Source: a virus (Duplodnaviria; Heunggongvirae; Uroviricota; Caudoviricetes). From it: a stretch of 46,233 bases of DNA. The stretch covers positions 1 to 46,233 of the IMG/VR virus record IMGVR_UViG_3300042887_002597, one strand, 5' to 3'. Made by a program: the position numbers and the translations under genes. Below, piece by piece: positions 36,639 to 46,070 of this stretch. Each line of letters starts with the position of its first letter. Position 1 is the stretch's first letter. Under the pieces are notes generated by a model. It was not told where the DNA came from and ran no database searches. It worked only from the letters and a program-made list of their open reading frames with translations.

Positions 36639-37558
36639 ATAGCCATTTTAAGGGTTACCAAGTCGAATAAATCCACACTTGATGTATTTTCTATTAGTTT
36701 TCTCATACCGACGAAACCAGTATCGTTTGGATCTTTTTCCAAATGAACTAGTTTTACGTCCACTCCATTATTAATAAACATCTCTATAGCCTCAACTGAC
36801 TTAGATAGTGCATCTGGGTCTAGTGCTATGTTGATTTCCTTCACTCTTTCTTCAATAATCTTAATTTGCAATTTGCTTAAGATAATCTTTCCAAATAAAG
36901 GAATTGCGTTTCGTTTAGTTGATATTGCGTCAAATGCCCCTTCTACCAAAGTAATAGGCTGTGTCCAGTCTATTAGGTTTTCAAAACCTACAAAATCTTT
37001 TGATACGTCGGGATTGTTGTGCTTACGTCCAGCTTCTGAGTAGAAGCTTCGTCCAGTGAAGAAGTTTAAAATTCCATGTGCATCATAACTCGGTATAATA
37101 ACCATTCCACCATACTCACCACTCTCACAGTACCCTATCTGATACTTTAGTATATCATACTTAGTTAAACCTCTCTTCTCTAAAAGGTAATGTAATGCAT
37201 TCTTAAAGTGTGGACTATTTGGATTACCTTTCCATATTGGAATGTACTCGTCTGGTAAAGTGACTTGAACTGCTTGGGTATCTTGGGTTGGGGTGTACTG
37301 TTTTCTAGTACCAAGCTCAATGGCTTTCTGTATTAGATGCTTGGCAGCATTACTCTTCTTTAAAAGGTTTGCTATCGAATTACCTTTTGTATTACAAACC
37401 CAACAATGAAACTTTTCGAGTAGATAGTTTACTTGCAGCTTCTTTTTATGGTGATTGCAAAATGGACAAAAGTACGCAGTTTCTCCTTTATTTCCAGGAG
37501 TACCGGTACCTAAATGACTATCTACAATATTTTTAAGTTGCGATTGGTTTATATCCAT
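36635..37558 (-). CDS. DNA primase (DnaG/T4 gp61-like); ATG start at 37558 preferred
   Basis: Zn finger CPFC...CWVC, Toprim LVEGAFD and LDPD. Confidence 0.88.
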   Translation of the reverse strand: MDINQSQLKNIVDSHLGTGTPGNKGETAYFCPFCNHHKKKLQVNYLLEKFHCWVCNTKGNSIANLLKKSNAAKHLIQKAIELGTRKQYTPTQDTQAVQVTLPDEYIPIWKGNPNSPHFKNALHYLLEKRGLTKYDILKYQIGYCESGEYGGMVIIPSYDAHGILNFFTGRSFYSEAGRKHNNPDVSKDFVGFENLIDWTQPITLVEGAFDAISTKRNAIPLFGKIILSKLQIKIIEERVKEINIALDPDALSKSVEAIEMFINNGVDVKLVHLEKDPNDTGFVGMRKLIENTSSVDLFDLVTLKMAI

Positions 37559-37581
37559 AGTAACCAATATACGCTAATCTA

Positions 37582-37983
37582 CTACAAATCCAACCACTCT
37601 TGTGGAATAGTTTTATCAGCGTACTTAAAGCCGTGTTTAATGCACCAATCAGCATAAGTCGTCGGTGATCCTTTCCTAATCTTATTTTTAGAATTTTGGA
37701 ATACAAATCGGATATCTAACTCAGGATGTTGCTTTTTTATAAGCACATGCTTCTTTCTATCCTCAGTCACAAACCTTCCTTTAGTCTCTACGAAGATTCC
37801 ATTTGGAAGACGAAAATCCGGTGTGTAGGTGTGGTCTGTTGCTGGTATAGTGTACTTAATTTTGTGCTTCTCGTACTCACCATCAATATTATGTTGTTTG
37901 AGTGCGCTATCTACTACCTCTTCAAGACCACTTCTATAACCATTTTTAACTGCTGCTTGTCTTTTCGTAACCTTTCTTGCCAT
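37582..37983 (-). CDS. Holliday junction resolvase, T7 endonuclease I family
   Basis: YRSGLEE, YTPDFRLPNGIFVETKGRF, HPELDIRFVF and TTYADWC match T7 gp3 motifs. Confidence 0.92.
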   Translation of the reverse strand: MARKVTKRQAAVKNGYRSGLEEVVDSALKQHNIDGEYEKHKIKYTIPATDHTYTPDFRLPNGIFVETKGRFVTEDRKKHVLIKKQHPELDIRFVFQNSKNKIRKGSPTTYADWCIKHGFKYADKTIPQEWLDL

Positions 37984-39584
37984 TACATGTCGTATCTTAT
38001 TATAAATGTTGTATCTACGTTTTGTGGTGGTTGTATTGGATGACTTAAAGTTCCTATTACTAATAGATCATTACTGTCATTATATAACCCCACCCTTGAT
38101 ACATATGGTCTAAAATCTGAACCAGTTGCAAAGTCTTGTAGTTCGAATCGATTTCTTTCTGAATTATAGTAATGTAGTGTTGGGTTATTGCTAAATCCAA
38201 ACTCTCCTGGTGAGATTGTGCAGCTAACTTCGTTTTCGTATATTGTGGTTGTTCCACGATACTCTATGTTAGTTATTGTTGCACCTCCGTTATTTAAGTC
38301 ATACCCTGTCTCTGGGTGATCGATTATGATTAATCCCTGCTTTCTAGCTACTATTCCGTAAGTGTTGTGAAGGTTGGAGTTCATCAAGCTTAGGTTCATT
38401 GATTCGCTAATGTTAAATGATGTGTTAAAAAACGCAGCATTATTAACAATAACATTAGAACCACTGTTTCCAAATTGATCCGATCCTATGTAGATGTTGC
38501 TTTTGTTTGTGCAGTATCGATCACTGCTATAAAGAGTGTCAGCAAAGCTATTTGTCTGCAACAAACTCATATCTCCTTGAGCTATTATGTAGGTCGATCC
38601 AGTGCGCATTAAAGTCAAAGCAAGTTGGTTATTGTATGCAAAGGATGATGTATAACTTAGTGTAGTATAACCATCGCTTTTCTGGAAGAGTATTTTGTTA
38701 CTTCCACTAAGGTGCGTTAGACTATATGGATATCTAAAAATAGGTTGGTTGTATGTGTTGCCGTTCTCATCTACTTTAATAATTTCTTCAGTTGATTTTT
38801 TCTGAAGGAGTATGCTCGAGGTTCCATTGCTGCTTGTACTAAAAGCAAGTGTTATTGCAAAATCTCTATTTTGAAAATTAAAAAGATCGTTTACAACATC
38901 TCCCTTTGGTTCAATTACAATAGAACTTGTGTCGTAGAGTGTGTTGTTTAGTTTTAAACTGGTTTGTTGCCCTAAGAAAGGGTAGCTAATCTCTACGTTG
39001 TTAAACTGTACGGTTGATTGATACTTATCGTAATCGTATTGATAGGTGTTGTTCAGCACATCTCCAAACTGTCTTGTGTAGTTTGTAGGTTTAAGTGAAA
39101 AAACTAAATTTTCAATAGGTAATCCTTCCGTTCCTGCTAAATAACGACTACCGCTTAGTAGAACAAGATTTCCATAAGCATCATCAACCAGAAGCAGGTT
39201 ACCATCTACATCTATCTGCAGACTTAGAGGCTCTATACCCTCCCCAAAACTACTTTGTGGTATGCTTATTATGTGAGCATCTCTATGTAAGAGGCGAGGT
39301 TGATAGGTATGGTTTATTTGCCCAAACGATGCTTTTGCGTTTGAGTAATAATAACGATAGAACTGACTGTCGATGCTATGCCATACTGAACTCTTTAGCT
39401 TGTAGTTGGTAGTAAAGTCTGATCCTGATACCGGTACTAATGGGTTATTTCCTAAGTCCTCTGGATTTGTGTCTAATGTAGCGGAGTATGTTACAAATGC
39501 ATCTGTACCACTAAAGCGCTTGTATGCTCTAAATGGGGTCAGTCTTACGTCCGATTGATCTAGGTTTCTAAATATTCCTGCCAT
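37983..39584 (-). CDS. Virion/baseplate protein with LamG-like middle and tail-collar-like C-terminus (533 aa)
   Basis: C-terminal YVSRVGLYNDSNDLLVIGTLSHP is paralogous to the adjacent gene; central beta-sandwich with IYIG. Confidence 0.55.
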   Translation of the reverse strand: MAGIFRNLDQSDVRLTPFRAYKRFSGTDAFVTYSATLDTNPEDLGNNPLVPVSGSDFTTNYKLKSSVWHSIDSQFYRYYYSNAKASFGQINHTYQPRLLHRDAHIISIPQSSFGEGIEPLSLQIDVDGNLLLVDDAYGNLVLLSGSRYLAGTEGLPIENLVFSLKPTNYTRQFGDVLNNTYQYDYDKYQSTVQFNNVEISYPFLGQQTSLKLNNTLYDTSSIVIEPKGDVVNDLFNFQNRDFAITLAFSTSSNGTSSILLQKKSTEEIIKVDENGNTYNQPIFRYPYSLTHLSGSNKILFQKSDGYTTLSYTSSFAYNNQLALTLMRTGSTYIIAQGDMSLLQTNSFADTLYSSDRYCTNKSNIYIGSDQFGNSGSNVIVNNAAFFNTSFNISESMNLSLMNSNLHNTYGIVARKQGLIIIDHPETGYDLNNGGATITNIEYRGTTTIYENEVSCTISPGEFGFSNNPTLHYYNSERNRFELQDFATGSDFRPYVSRVGLYNDSNDLLVIGTLSHPIQPPQNVDTTFIIRYDM

Positions 39585-39588
39585 TGCA

Positions 39589-39596
39589 TATAAATA
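39589..39596 (-). promoter_or_regulatory. TATTTATA motif
   Basis: Exact motif 4 nt upstream of the ATG at 39584, just downstream of a terminator. Confidence 0.65.
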
Positions 39597-39603
39597 TGGT
39601 CAT

Positions 39604-39631
39604 AAAAAGAAACCCTCCATATTTGGAGGGT
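39604..39631 (-). terminator. Intrinsic terminator
   Basis: Minus strand ACCCTCCA-AATA-TGGAGGGT followed by TTCTTTTT. Confidence 0.85.
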
Positions 39632-39659
39632 CTGTCCTTGAATGCTATTCAAAGAGGGG

Positions 39660-40727
39660 TTAGTAGTCTAATTTTACTTTAACCAACACTTCACGGTTGA
39701 AAGTCTTCAACAATGGTTGACTCAACTTAGCAACTGCTAATAAACGGTTTTGATCATCATACATCCCTATTGACGTTACGTATACGCTTGGGTTACGCAA
39801 CATAGATGAGTGTACAAAAGATCCATTAGATCCCGTTACAAATGTTGGGTTGTTTGAGAAGTTAAATTGCTTATTTGTAATTCTAACAAAGTAGTGTGTA
39901 GAGTTTACTTTCTCTTCGCTTCTTGCTGCAAAGTAGCTTGATGCACTTATACGAGAGTAAAGTGATACTGCATTTTTAACTGTGTTTGAAGTTGCAGCTC
40001 TGTTGAACTCCGTAGTCGATACCATACCTAGTGACGATGATAGTAAAGATGCGTTGAATACCATCACACCAGCATCTGGGTAGAAGAGTCCGTACACAGT
40101 ACTTCCTGTAGTAATTCCTCCCGATCCTGAGAGAATGTTAAACACTCGACCTGCACTACCTACTGATGGGTCTGTGTCAGCTCCACTGTTGTCAATTAAG
40201 CTAATAAAGCTGGCTGCTGACTGTGATAGGGCACCACTACCGCTTGCTATTCGAAGTTCCCAGTTTCCTGGATCAATCTTCTGGCGATAACGTGCTCTGT
40301 TGATGTTTATTACAAAGATATCGTTAGGAGTTGTAGCACTAACACCGCTTCCAAAGGTAAACGCTGTATCTGTTGGTGGTAGCAAGAGATTACGATACTG
40401 GCTGTATACAGCTCTTGTTGGTGTATCGTTTGCGTTTTGTCCAACTGTGTTTGGATCACCTACAGAGCCACTTCCATTTCTATTTCCATACGCTACTGCA
40501 AACTGAACCGCTGCATTTGTTGCTGTTTGTGGATTTCTGTGATAAACATCTGTGTAGTATGTGCCTGCTACAGTCTGTTGTGTAGATGATGTAAAGAAGC
40601 CAATTCCTGCAGAGTATCCACCCGATAGTGGGTTTACGTTTTCTGACCAAAGAGGGCTACTAACTACTTGAACATCACCAACTATAATGTCGTCTGCTGC
40701 GTTGAAATTTTTATATATTTCTGCCAT
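39660..40727 (-). CDS. Virion/baseplate protein (355 aa)
   Basis: C-terminal YVTSIGMYDDQNRLLAVAKLSQP (tail-collar/gpH-like strand pattern); followed by a strong terminator. Confidence 0.55.
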   Translation of the reverse strand: MAEIYKNFNAADDIIVGDVQVVSSPLWSENVNPLSGGYSAGIGFFTSSTQQTVAGTYYTDVYHRNPQTATNAAVQFAVAYGNRNGSGSVGDPNTVGQNANDTPTRAVYSQYRNLLLPPTDTAFTFGSGVSATTPNDIFVININRARYRQKIDPGNWELRIASGSGALSQSAASFISLIDNSGADTDPSVGSAGRVFNILSGSGGITTGSTVYGLFYPDAGVMVFNASLLSSSLGMVSTTEFNRAATSNTVKNAVSLYSRISASSYFAARSEEKVNSTHYFVRITNKQFNFSNNPTFVTGSNGSFVHSSMLRNPSVYVTSIGMYDDQNRLLAVAKLSQPLLKTFNREVLVKVKLDY

Positions 40728-40738
40728 TTTATTTTATA

Positions 40739-41449
40739 TTATCTTGTTGCTTGTATGTCTGCGAAATCAGAGCTTAAGTTAATTGCTACACTAATGCTAA
40801 CAGTCTTGAATCCACCAGTTTCGTTTCCTATGATAGTTAACAACGCACTCTTTGCTGTTGTAGTTGGTTTTGCTCTCACAACAAACTTAGTACCAACTCG
40901 GGTTACTGTTGAACCAACTGTTGATATTCCATTAACCTCATCATCCAAGAAGCTTGTTGCACTTGTTGTACCAGCTCCTGCAAGTAGTGAGTTGGATACT
41001 CCTTTAATAACTCCATCAGGTGCTACTTCTAAAGTACCTACTGTATCATCTGATAAAATCGCTGTGTATCCTAGAGCGCTGTTTCCGCCAGCCAAGTTTA
41101 GTGTACTTGGTGTTACTGTTACAGATTCTTGTAAGCTTGTTAAGCTAATTGATCCAGGATTAATGCTGATTACTGGTATACCTAATACATCTTTTGGTAA
41201 GGTTACCAACTTATAACGCATCATTTGCGCTTCGTCTGGGTTAGCTTCTACTACTGGCATAGCTTCAATTACAGCTCCGTAGTAGTTAGAACCTAAAGTA
41301 TGCGATGGATTCCATAGCGTGTAGTCAATCTCATCATCGCTAAGGGCAAACTTTGTAATGTTTAATCTACCTCCAGCAGCTAAGATTTGTCTGCCTTTGT
41401 TTGTCAGTATTGCGTCTACTGTGACGGTTGAGTTATCTAAATATCCCAT
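40739..41449 (-). CDS. Virion/baseplate protein (236 aa)
   Basis: N-terminal AILTNKGRQILAAG...ITKFALSD resembles the start of tail-collar fibre domains. Confidence 0.55.
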   Translation of the reverse strand: MGYLDNSTVTVDAILTNKGRQILAAGGRLNITKFALSDDEIDYTLWNPSHTLGSNYYGAVIEAMPVVEANPDEAQMMRYKLVTLPKDVLGIPVISINPGSISLTSLQESVTVTPSTLNLAGGNSALGYTAILSDDTVGTLEVAPDGVIKGVSNSLLAGAGTTSATSFLDDEVNGISTVGSTVTRVGTKFVVRAKPTTTAKSALLTIIGNETGGFKTVSISVAINLSSDFADIQATR

Positions 41450-41467
41450 TGGTACTTATTATTTTGA

Positions 41468-41475
41468 TATAAATA
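41468..41475 (-). promoter_or_regulatory. TATTTATA motif
   Basis: Exact motif 18 nt upstream of the ATG at 41449. Confidence 0.65.
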
Positions 41476-41500
41476 TGTTGTGTTAAGTAAATTCTTTACG

Positions 41501-44500
41501 TTATCTTTGTAGTGGTGTATTTCTAGGTGTTGTTCCTGGGTTACTTATTGTTATTCCTCCACCACCTCTTTGTACCGGTGTTTGGTTGTTAGTAGGACTT
41601 ACCGATATGTTAGAGCCTGGGCCTGTAATTACTTCAATTACTGGACCTCCATCTATTGTGTCAGGACTGTCTACGTTTACGTCTGTAGCTGTCAGCTTAC
41701 ATCCATCGTATTTTTGATTACGTTGTCCTATGCTTGCTAGTGGTCCTACTTGATAATCTTGTACTGCTGTTTGAATGTATGGAGTAACAACTAGATTGTC
41801 TATTGTTAAACTCACACTTCCCACAAAAGAACTCTGACTAGATTGCATTTGTACATATAGATACGGTCCATCTGCTCTTGACAAATAATTGTATGCTGTT
41901 TGTGTGCTTGCGATTGGTAATGTGTAAGTGTACGCTGATGCACTGCTTCCAAATGCAATAGACATTGATGGGTTGCCTGGTGTGCTACCAGCGAAGTATC
42001 TTACATCAAATGATACGTTGTATAGTGTGTTAGGGTAGCTTTGTGTATAAAAACAAGGTACTGTAAATGATGCTGTTGCTATTGAGCCTCCTCCTATATT
42101 TGCCGTTAGTCTGTTAGCAGATTGAACCCAATAAGCGCCGGAAGATGTTGCAATAAATCTAAATCCAAATCTACCTAACGCTGTACCAAAATAACTTCCT
42201 GTGTATATAGTGTCTGCTGCATCTTTATCAAAGGATCCAGTCCCATTAAAGAAGTCGTATACATTATATGGAACTTCTGTTGGACTAAATACTTCTGATG
42301 GTCTTGCTCTTGTTGCATCTAATGCTAACGGATCAGAATAGTCATCTCCTACACTATTAAGGTAAGCAAATCCAGCTGAGTTGGTTGTTATTCCAGAATA
42401 AGCTATACTTCCAGTTCTATACCAAGATGGGAAGATGTACTGACTTCCTTCTATCTTATCTCTGCCGTAGGACGTTACGTTTAGTTCAATAGTATCCTCT
42501 AATGAAAATTTTCTAAACAATACATCTTCGTAACTTGCCGTAGAGTTTAATCTTGCTGATTGTCTTCCTTGTGCTGGTACCTGTAGTCTGTTATACTCGT
42601 TTTGCTTCGCCGATATGTTTATTATATCAGTACCAACCGATCCTTCTGGTATTTCGGTATTATCTCCTACGATGATTAGTTCTGGAGCTTCTATTGATCC
42701 AGTTAAATTAGATAAATCTCCTATTGGTTCACCTACAGATGGCATATCGATTAATGTCTCATAGTACTCATCCTCAGCAATAGGTCGGCTTGCTGTTTTT
42801 ACTTTACTTCTATCTAATAAGTGCGGCTCTAATACCAAACCAGTTTGCAAATTAGCACGATATGGTACCATTTGCTTTATTATAGAAAACAAAGAACCAT
42901 TAAAGTGCTGTAGTAATCTTACATAGTTTTGAGTCTTGTGTGGTATTACGTTTTTCTTCAAGTACTCTTGGCGTATGTGTGCTAAATCTTCGTAGTTGTT
43001 TGAATATACCTCCCCATAACTTCCAATGTAGTCATCCAAACTTAACCCAGCAAACTGCTCTGCTATGTCTTTGTTGATTTCATCAACTGGTGATAGATAT
43101 ATTCCTAATCTTGGACTGTCAATTGGTTGATCGTCTTGTAACGATAGTTGTGTCTTTTTATTGCGATAAAGTTCACGGCTAGTGTTCACCGTTTGCTCTA
43201 ACCTTACTTTATTGCTAATCGATCTATTGCCACTAATATCCGGCCATGGCATATAGTTAGTCTCTATAATAGGTTGCCAGTAAGATGATGTGTTTGCGCT
43301 ATAATTAAAGAAGCTGCCTGAGCGTCCTATGTAATTGTAGTTGGGTTGTGAGCCACTTAAACTGCTTGTTGTGTTTAAGTTTGGTTTCTTATTATCAGTT
43401 CCAAGTGGAAGCCTAAACGTAAGGTCAGCAAAGCTACTTGTTGCTCCTGTCCATGATGGGTCTTCGTAGTTTGTACCTACGATAGTAGTTGGTGAAATTA
43501 TGTGAGCATAGAAAGGACTTTGTTGCAAATTTAATCCTCCGGTTACGCACAGTCCAATTGAGCTATTATAGACATCGCTTAACACACCTCCCCATAATCT
43601 AATTTCTTGAAGACTGCCACTAATGCTCGATGTAACTCTTCCAGCAAACGAGGATCCAGTACCAAATTCAAGATCAGATGCAGCATACCAGCCATATTTC
43701 TCATTAGTAATGTATGATGAGCTTGTACTCACTGCCGCTTGCCATCCTATACTCGCACTTGCTATAATAGGTGTTTCTGAGTAGTTGGATTTTTGTCCTG
43801 CGAATAGCGTGTAAGATGCTGTGCTGTATGCGAGTAGGTCTGTAGTACCACTGTACTGCACTAGCACGTTTACCCAATTGCCATCAAACAATTTAGAACC
43901 AAGGCTGCTTGGTATGTAAGCCTTTGCACTACTGTTGCTTGGACTTGAAGCGTAGCTTCTGGACATTAGTAACTGCACATAATCTCCTCCAGCATCGCGA
44001 CCAGTATTTATCTGTATTAATTGCGGTGATGTTTGGGTTAAGTTATTTAAGTGCGCAATACGGTAGATTGCGTTACTACTTGTGATAATGTTATCTGACT
44101 TAAACCTAAGTTCTAGAGCTTTAGGTCCAAAACTTCCTGTTGCATTCTGCCCCATCCACTTTACTTGGCCATAGCTGCTACCTGATCCTATAGCTAATGC
44201 ATAGTAGAATCTATCGTGATCGTATGTTGACTGCTTGTCTAAGTCAACTTCAGGCCCTCCGTACTCCTTAATGCGAAGTATTGTTGATGGTATACCATAG
44301 CAGTTTATTAAAGCACGGATACCTCTCTCAGTCCCTTTTGTTTTGAGTAAATAAGGAAGATTGTTAATAATACGCTTCCAGGTTTCTCTTGTTCGATCTT
44401 CGCCTGATAGCTTTAGTTGGTTATCATAGCTTCCTGATGCGTCTAATCCAAGGGTGTATGACCATAAGTCTTTGAAGTTATCTCCATTACTAAAATCAAC

Positions 44501-46030
44501 ACCTAATCCTTGTGCTACGTGGAATACTAATTCCTTTGCAAAACCCTCTGTTAAGCTCTCTTGCCTATCGTAGACTTTTGGTATTTGATTAATATACTCG
44601 TACTGAACGTCGAAGTAGTGTCCTAGCATACTAATGAAGGAGTCTACTACCTGGCTCTCCTCCTGCTGCATATGCTCTGGTACTAACTTTCGTAATGAGT
44701 ACGAGTTGTTATTATCGTATAGACTCGCTGACTCTAGTATGCCTTCTAGCCAATTATTAACTTGCGTTGTATTTGATCCGTATAGCGTATATGGCTTATT
44801 TGATGTACTTTTTGGCCATGCAACATCCAAAAACTCACCAAAGCTATTTGATACGTAGCTCGACGATTCGAAATACATATACTTTTCAAAGCCATCAAAT
44901 GCCCCTACTATGTTATCAATTTTATTTAACGTTGTAGTTAACTGCGTTTGTACGTAGAAGCTCTCAGATGCTGTTGATGTTGCTAAACTTGCTGATACGC
45001 TTTGATAATTTTCGATTAACTTTATCTTGTACTCAAAGTTCTTTATCCTTTCGTAAACACTACCAAACTTAACAAAGTTCTCAAATCTAGTATAATCAAC
45101 GTTTAGAGCAATTCCCTCTACAAGAGATTGACTAAACACTGTTTGGGTAACTTGTCTAGTGTTATTTGATAGTATCTCATCCCAGCTCTGATATTCTGTA
45201 TTTGTCGATAGTGTCTTTTTTCTTAGAACATCAAAATTTGGACCTTTAATTTTTGTAAATTGATCAGTAGTCTTTGTTGGATAGACAATTACGTTTTCGG
45301 TAACAGGAGGGTTTGTTTCTTGTGATACCCAAATAGAAGTACCCACTCCCACCGATAATGGTAAAGCTTGTTGTAGTTTAAAGATTATACTATACGGATA
45401 CGATTGTACTGTGTACTTATCTTGTATATAGTCAGTAACTTCAATTGAAGTAATGTTATCCAAAAACACATATAGACTAGATAAAACAGCTTGCTTATCT
45501 AAGCCAAAGAAATCTTCTCCAAAAAATCTAAAGAATGCTGCGTTAATGTCTGTTGCACTCGCTTCTCCTTCTGCTGTACCGTCTCCTGCTAATTGTGCTG
45601 GTATTACCCTTAGCTCTAGTCTATCTGCTGATATCTCTTGTACTAAGAGTTTTAGTGTAGATGCCGATCCAAGATAGTTTCTAAGCAGTCTTGTGCGTAC
45701 TCTGAAGTCCCCTGATTCGTATCCAGCTTTTACTAACTCTTTTTCTAGGTCAATTAAAACATCAGTTCCCTCAATAGTGTACTCGGTAGCTGCTGTTATA
45801 GACTCGTAATAGTAGTCTTGATCGTTGTAAATATCCAACTGCACACCATCGTTTGGGAATGTGTATATGCCACCACGATAGTTTCCAAAAGGAAGAGGAG
45901 TTGAGATTAAAAAATCGCTTGGTAGATTAGACGATGTCACTGCCGCTTCAGGTTTAGCCACTACTGGCTTAGCTAGCTTACTCGTGCTTATGTCGTTAAA
46001 TGACTTTTGTTGATCCTGACTTGGCTTCAC
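41501..46030 (-). CDS. Very large baseplate wedge-like protein (1509 aa, GTG start)
   Basis: LPYLLKTKGTERGIRALINCYG motif (P2 gpI/wedge-like KGT motif) and LamG-like inserted domain (WVNVLVQY; LQEIRLW). Confidence 0.6.
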   Translation of the reverse strand: MKPSQDQQKSFNDISTSKLAKPVVAKPEAAVTSSNLPSDFLISTPLPFGNYRGGIYTFPNDGVQLDIYNDQDYYYESITAATEYTIEGTDVLIDLEKELVKAGYESGDFRVRTRLLRNYLGSASTLKLLVQEISADRLELRVIPAQLAGDGTAEGEASATDINAAFFRFFGEDFFGLDKQAVLSSLYVFLDNITSIEVTDYIQDKYTVQSYPYSIIFKLQQALPLSVGVGTSIWVSQETNPPVTENVIVYPTKTTDQFTKIKGPNFDVLRKKTLSTNTEYQSWDEILSNNTRQVTQTVFSQSLVEGIALNVDYTRFENFVKFGSVYERIKNFEYKIKLIENYQSVSASLATSTASESFYVQTQLTTTLNKIDNIVGAFDGFEKYMYFESSSYVSNSFGEFLDVAWPKSTSNKPYTLYGSNTTQVNNWLEGILESASLYDNNNSYSLRKLVPEHMQQEESQVVDSFISMLGHYFDVQYEYINQIPKVYDRQESLTEGFAKELVFHVAQGLGVDFSNGDNFKDLWSYTLGLDASGSYDNQLKLSGEDRTRETWKRIINNLPYLLKTKGTERGIRALINCYGIPSTILRIKEYGGPEVDLDKQSTYDHDRFYYALAIGSGSSYGQVKWMGQNATGSFGPKALELRFKSDNIITSSNAIYRIAHLNNLTQTSPQLIQINTGRDAGGDYVQLLMSRSYASSPSNSSAKAYIPSSLGSKLFDGNWVNVLVQYSGTTDLLAYSTASYTLFAGQKSNYSETPIIASASIGWQAAVSTSSSYITNEKYGWYAASDLEFGTGSSFAGRVTSSISGSLQEIRLWGGVLSDVYNSSIGLCVTGGLNLQQSPFYAHIISPTTIVGTNYEDPSWTGATSSFADLTFRLPLGTDNKKPNLNTTSSLSGSQPNYNYIGRSGSFFNYSANTSSYWQPIIETNYMPWPDISGNRSISNKVRLEQTVNTSRELYRNKKTQLSLQDDQPIDSPRLGIYLSPVDEINKDIAEQFAGLSLDDYIGSYGEVYSNNYEDLAHIRQEYLKKNVIPHKTQNYVRLLQHFNGSLFSIIKQMVPYRANLQTGLVLEPHLLDRSKVKTASRPIAEDEYYETLIDMPSVGEPIGDLSNLTGSIEAPELIIVGDNTEIPEGSVGTDIINISAKQNEYNRLQVPAQGRQSARLNSTASYEDVLFRKFSLEDTIELNVTSYGRDKIEGSQYIFPSWYRTGSIAYSGITTNSAGFAYLNSVGDDYSDPLALDATRARPSEVFSPTEVPYNVYDFFNGTGSFDKDAADTIYTGSYFGTALGRFGFRFIATSSGAYWVQSANRLTANIGGGSIATASFTVPCFYTQSYPNTLYNVSFDVRYFAGSTPGNPSMSIAFGSSASAYTYTLPIASTQTAYNYLSRADGPYLYVQMQSSQSSFVGSVSLTIDNLVVTPYIQTAVQDYQVGPLASIGQRNQKYDGCKLTATDVNVDSPDTIDGGPVIEVITGPGSNISVSPTNNQTPVQRGGGGITISNPGTTPRNTPLQR

Positions 46031-46041
46031 TGCGTTTTTTA

Positions 46042-46049
46042 TATAAATA
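46042..46049 (-). promoter_or_regulatory. TATTTATA motif
   Basis: Exact motif 11 nt upstream of the GTG at 46030. Confidence 0.65.
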
Positions 46050-46070
46050 CACTAGTTTTCTATTTTCAGC

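Noticed and set aside
17110-38257. Alternative-frame minus-strand ORFs (17110, 20106, 22661, 25180, 35201, 38060)
   Set aside because: Each is nested within a better-supported gene; no independent evidence.
37983-41449. Calling these genes tail sheath or tail tube
   Set aside because: No gp18 or gp19 motifs recognised; sheath, tube and tape measure genes appear to be outside the window.
615-45677. Numerous plus-strand ORFs of 60-130 aa
   Set aside because: They lie antisense to long, motif-bearing minus-strand genes, have shadow-ORF composition and lack the upstream motif.
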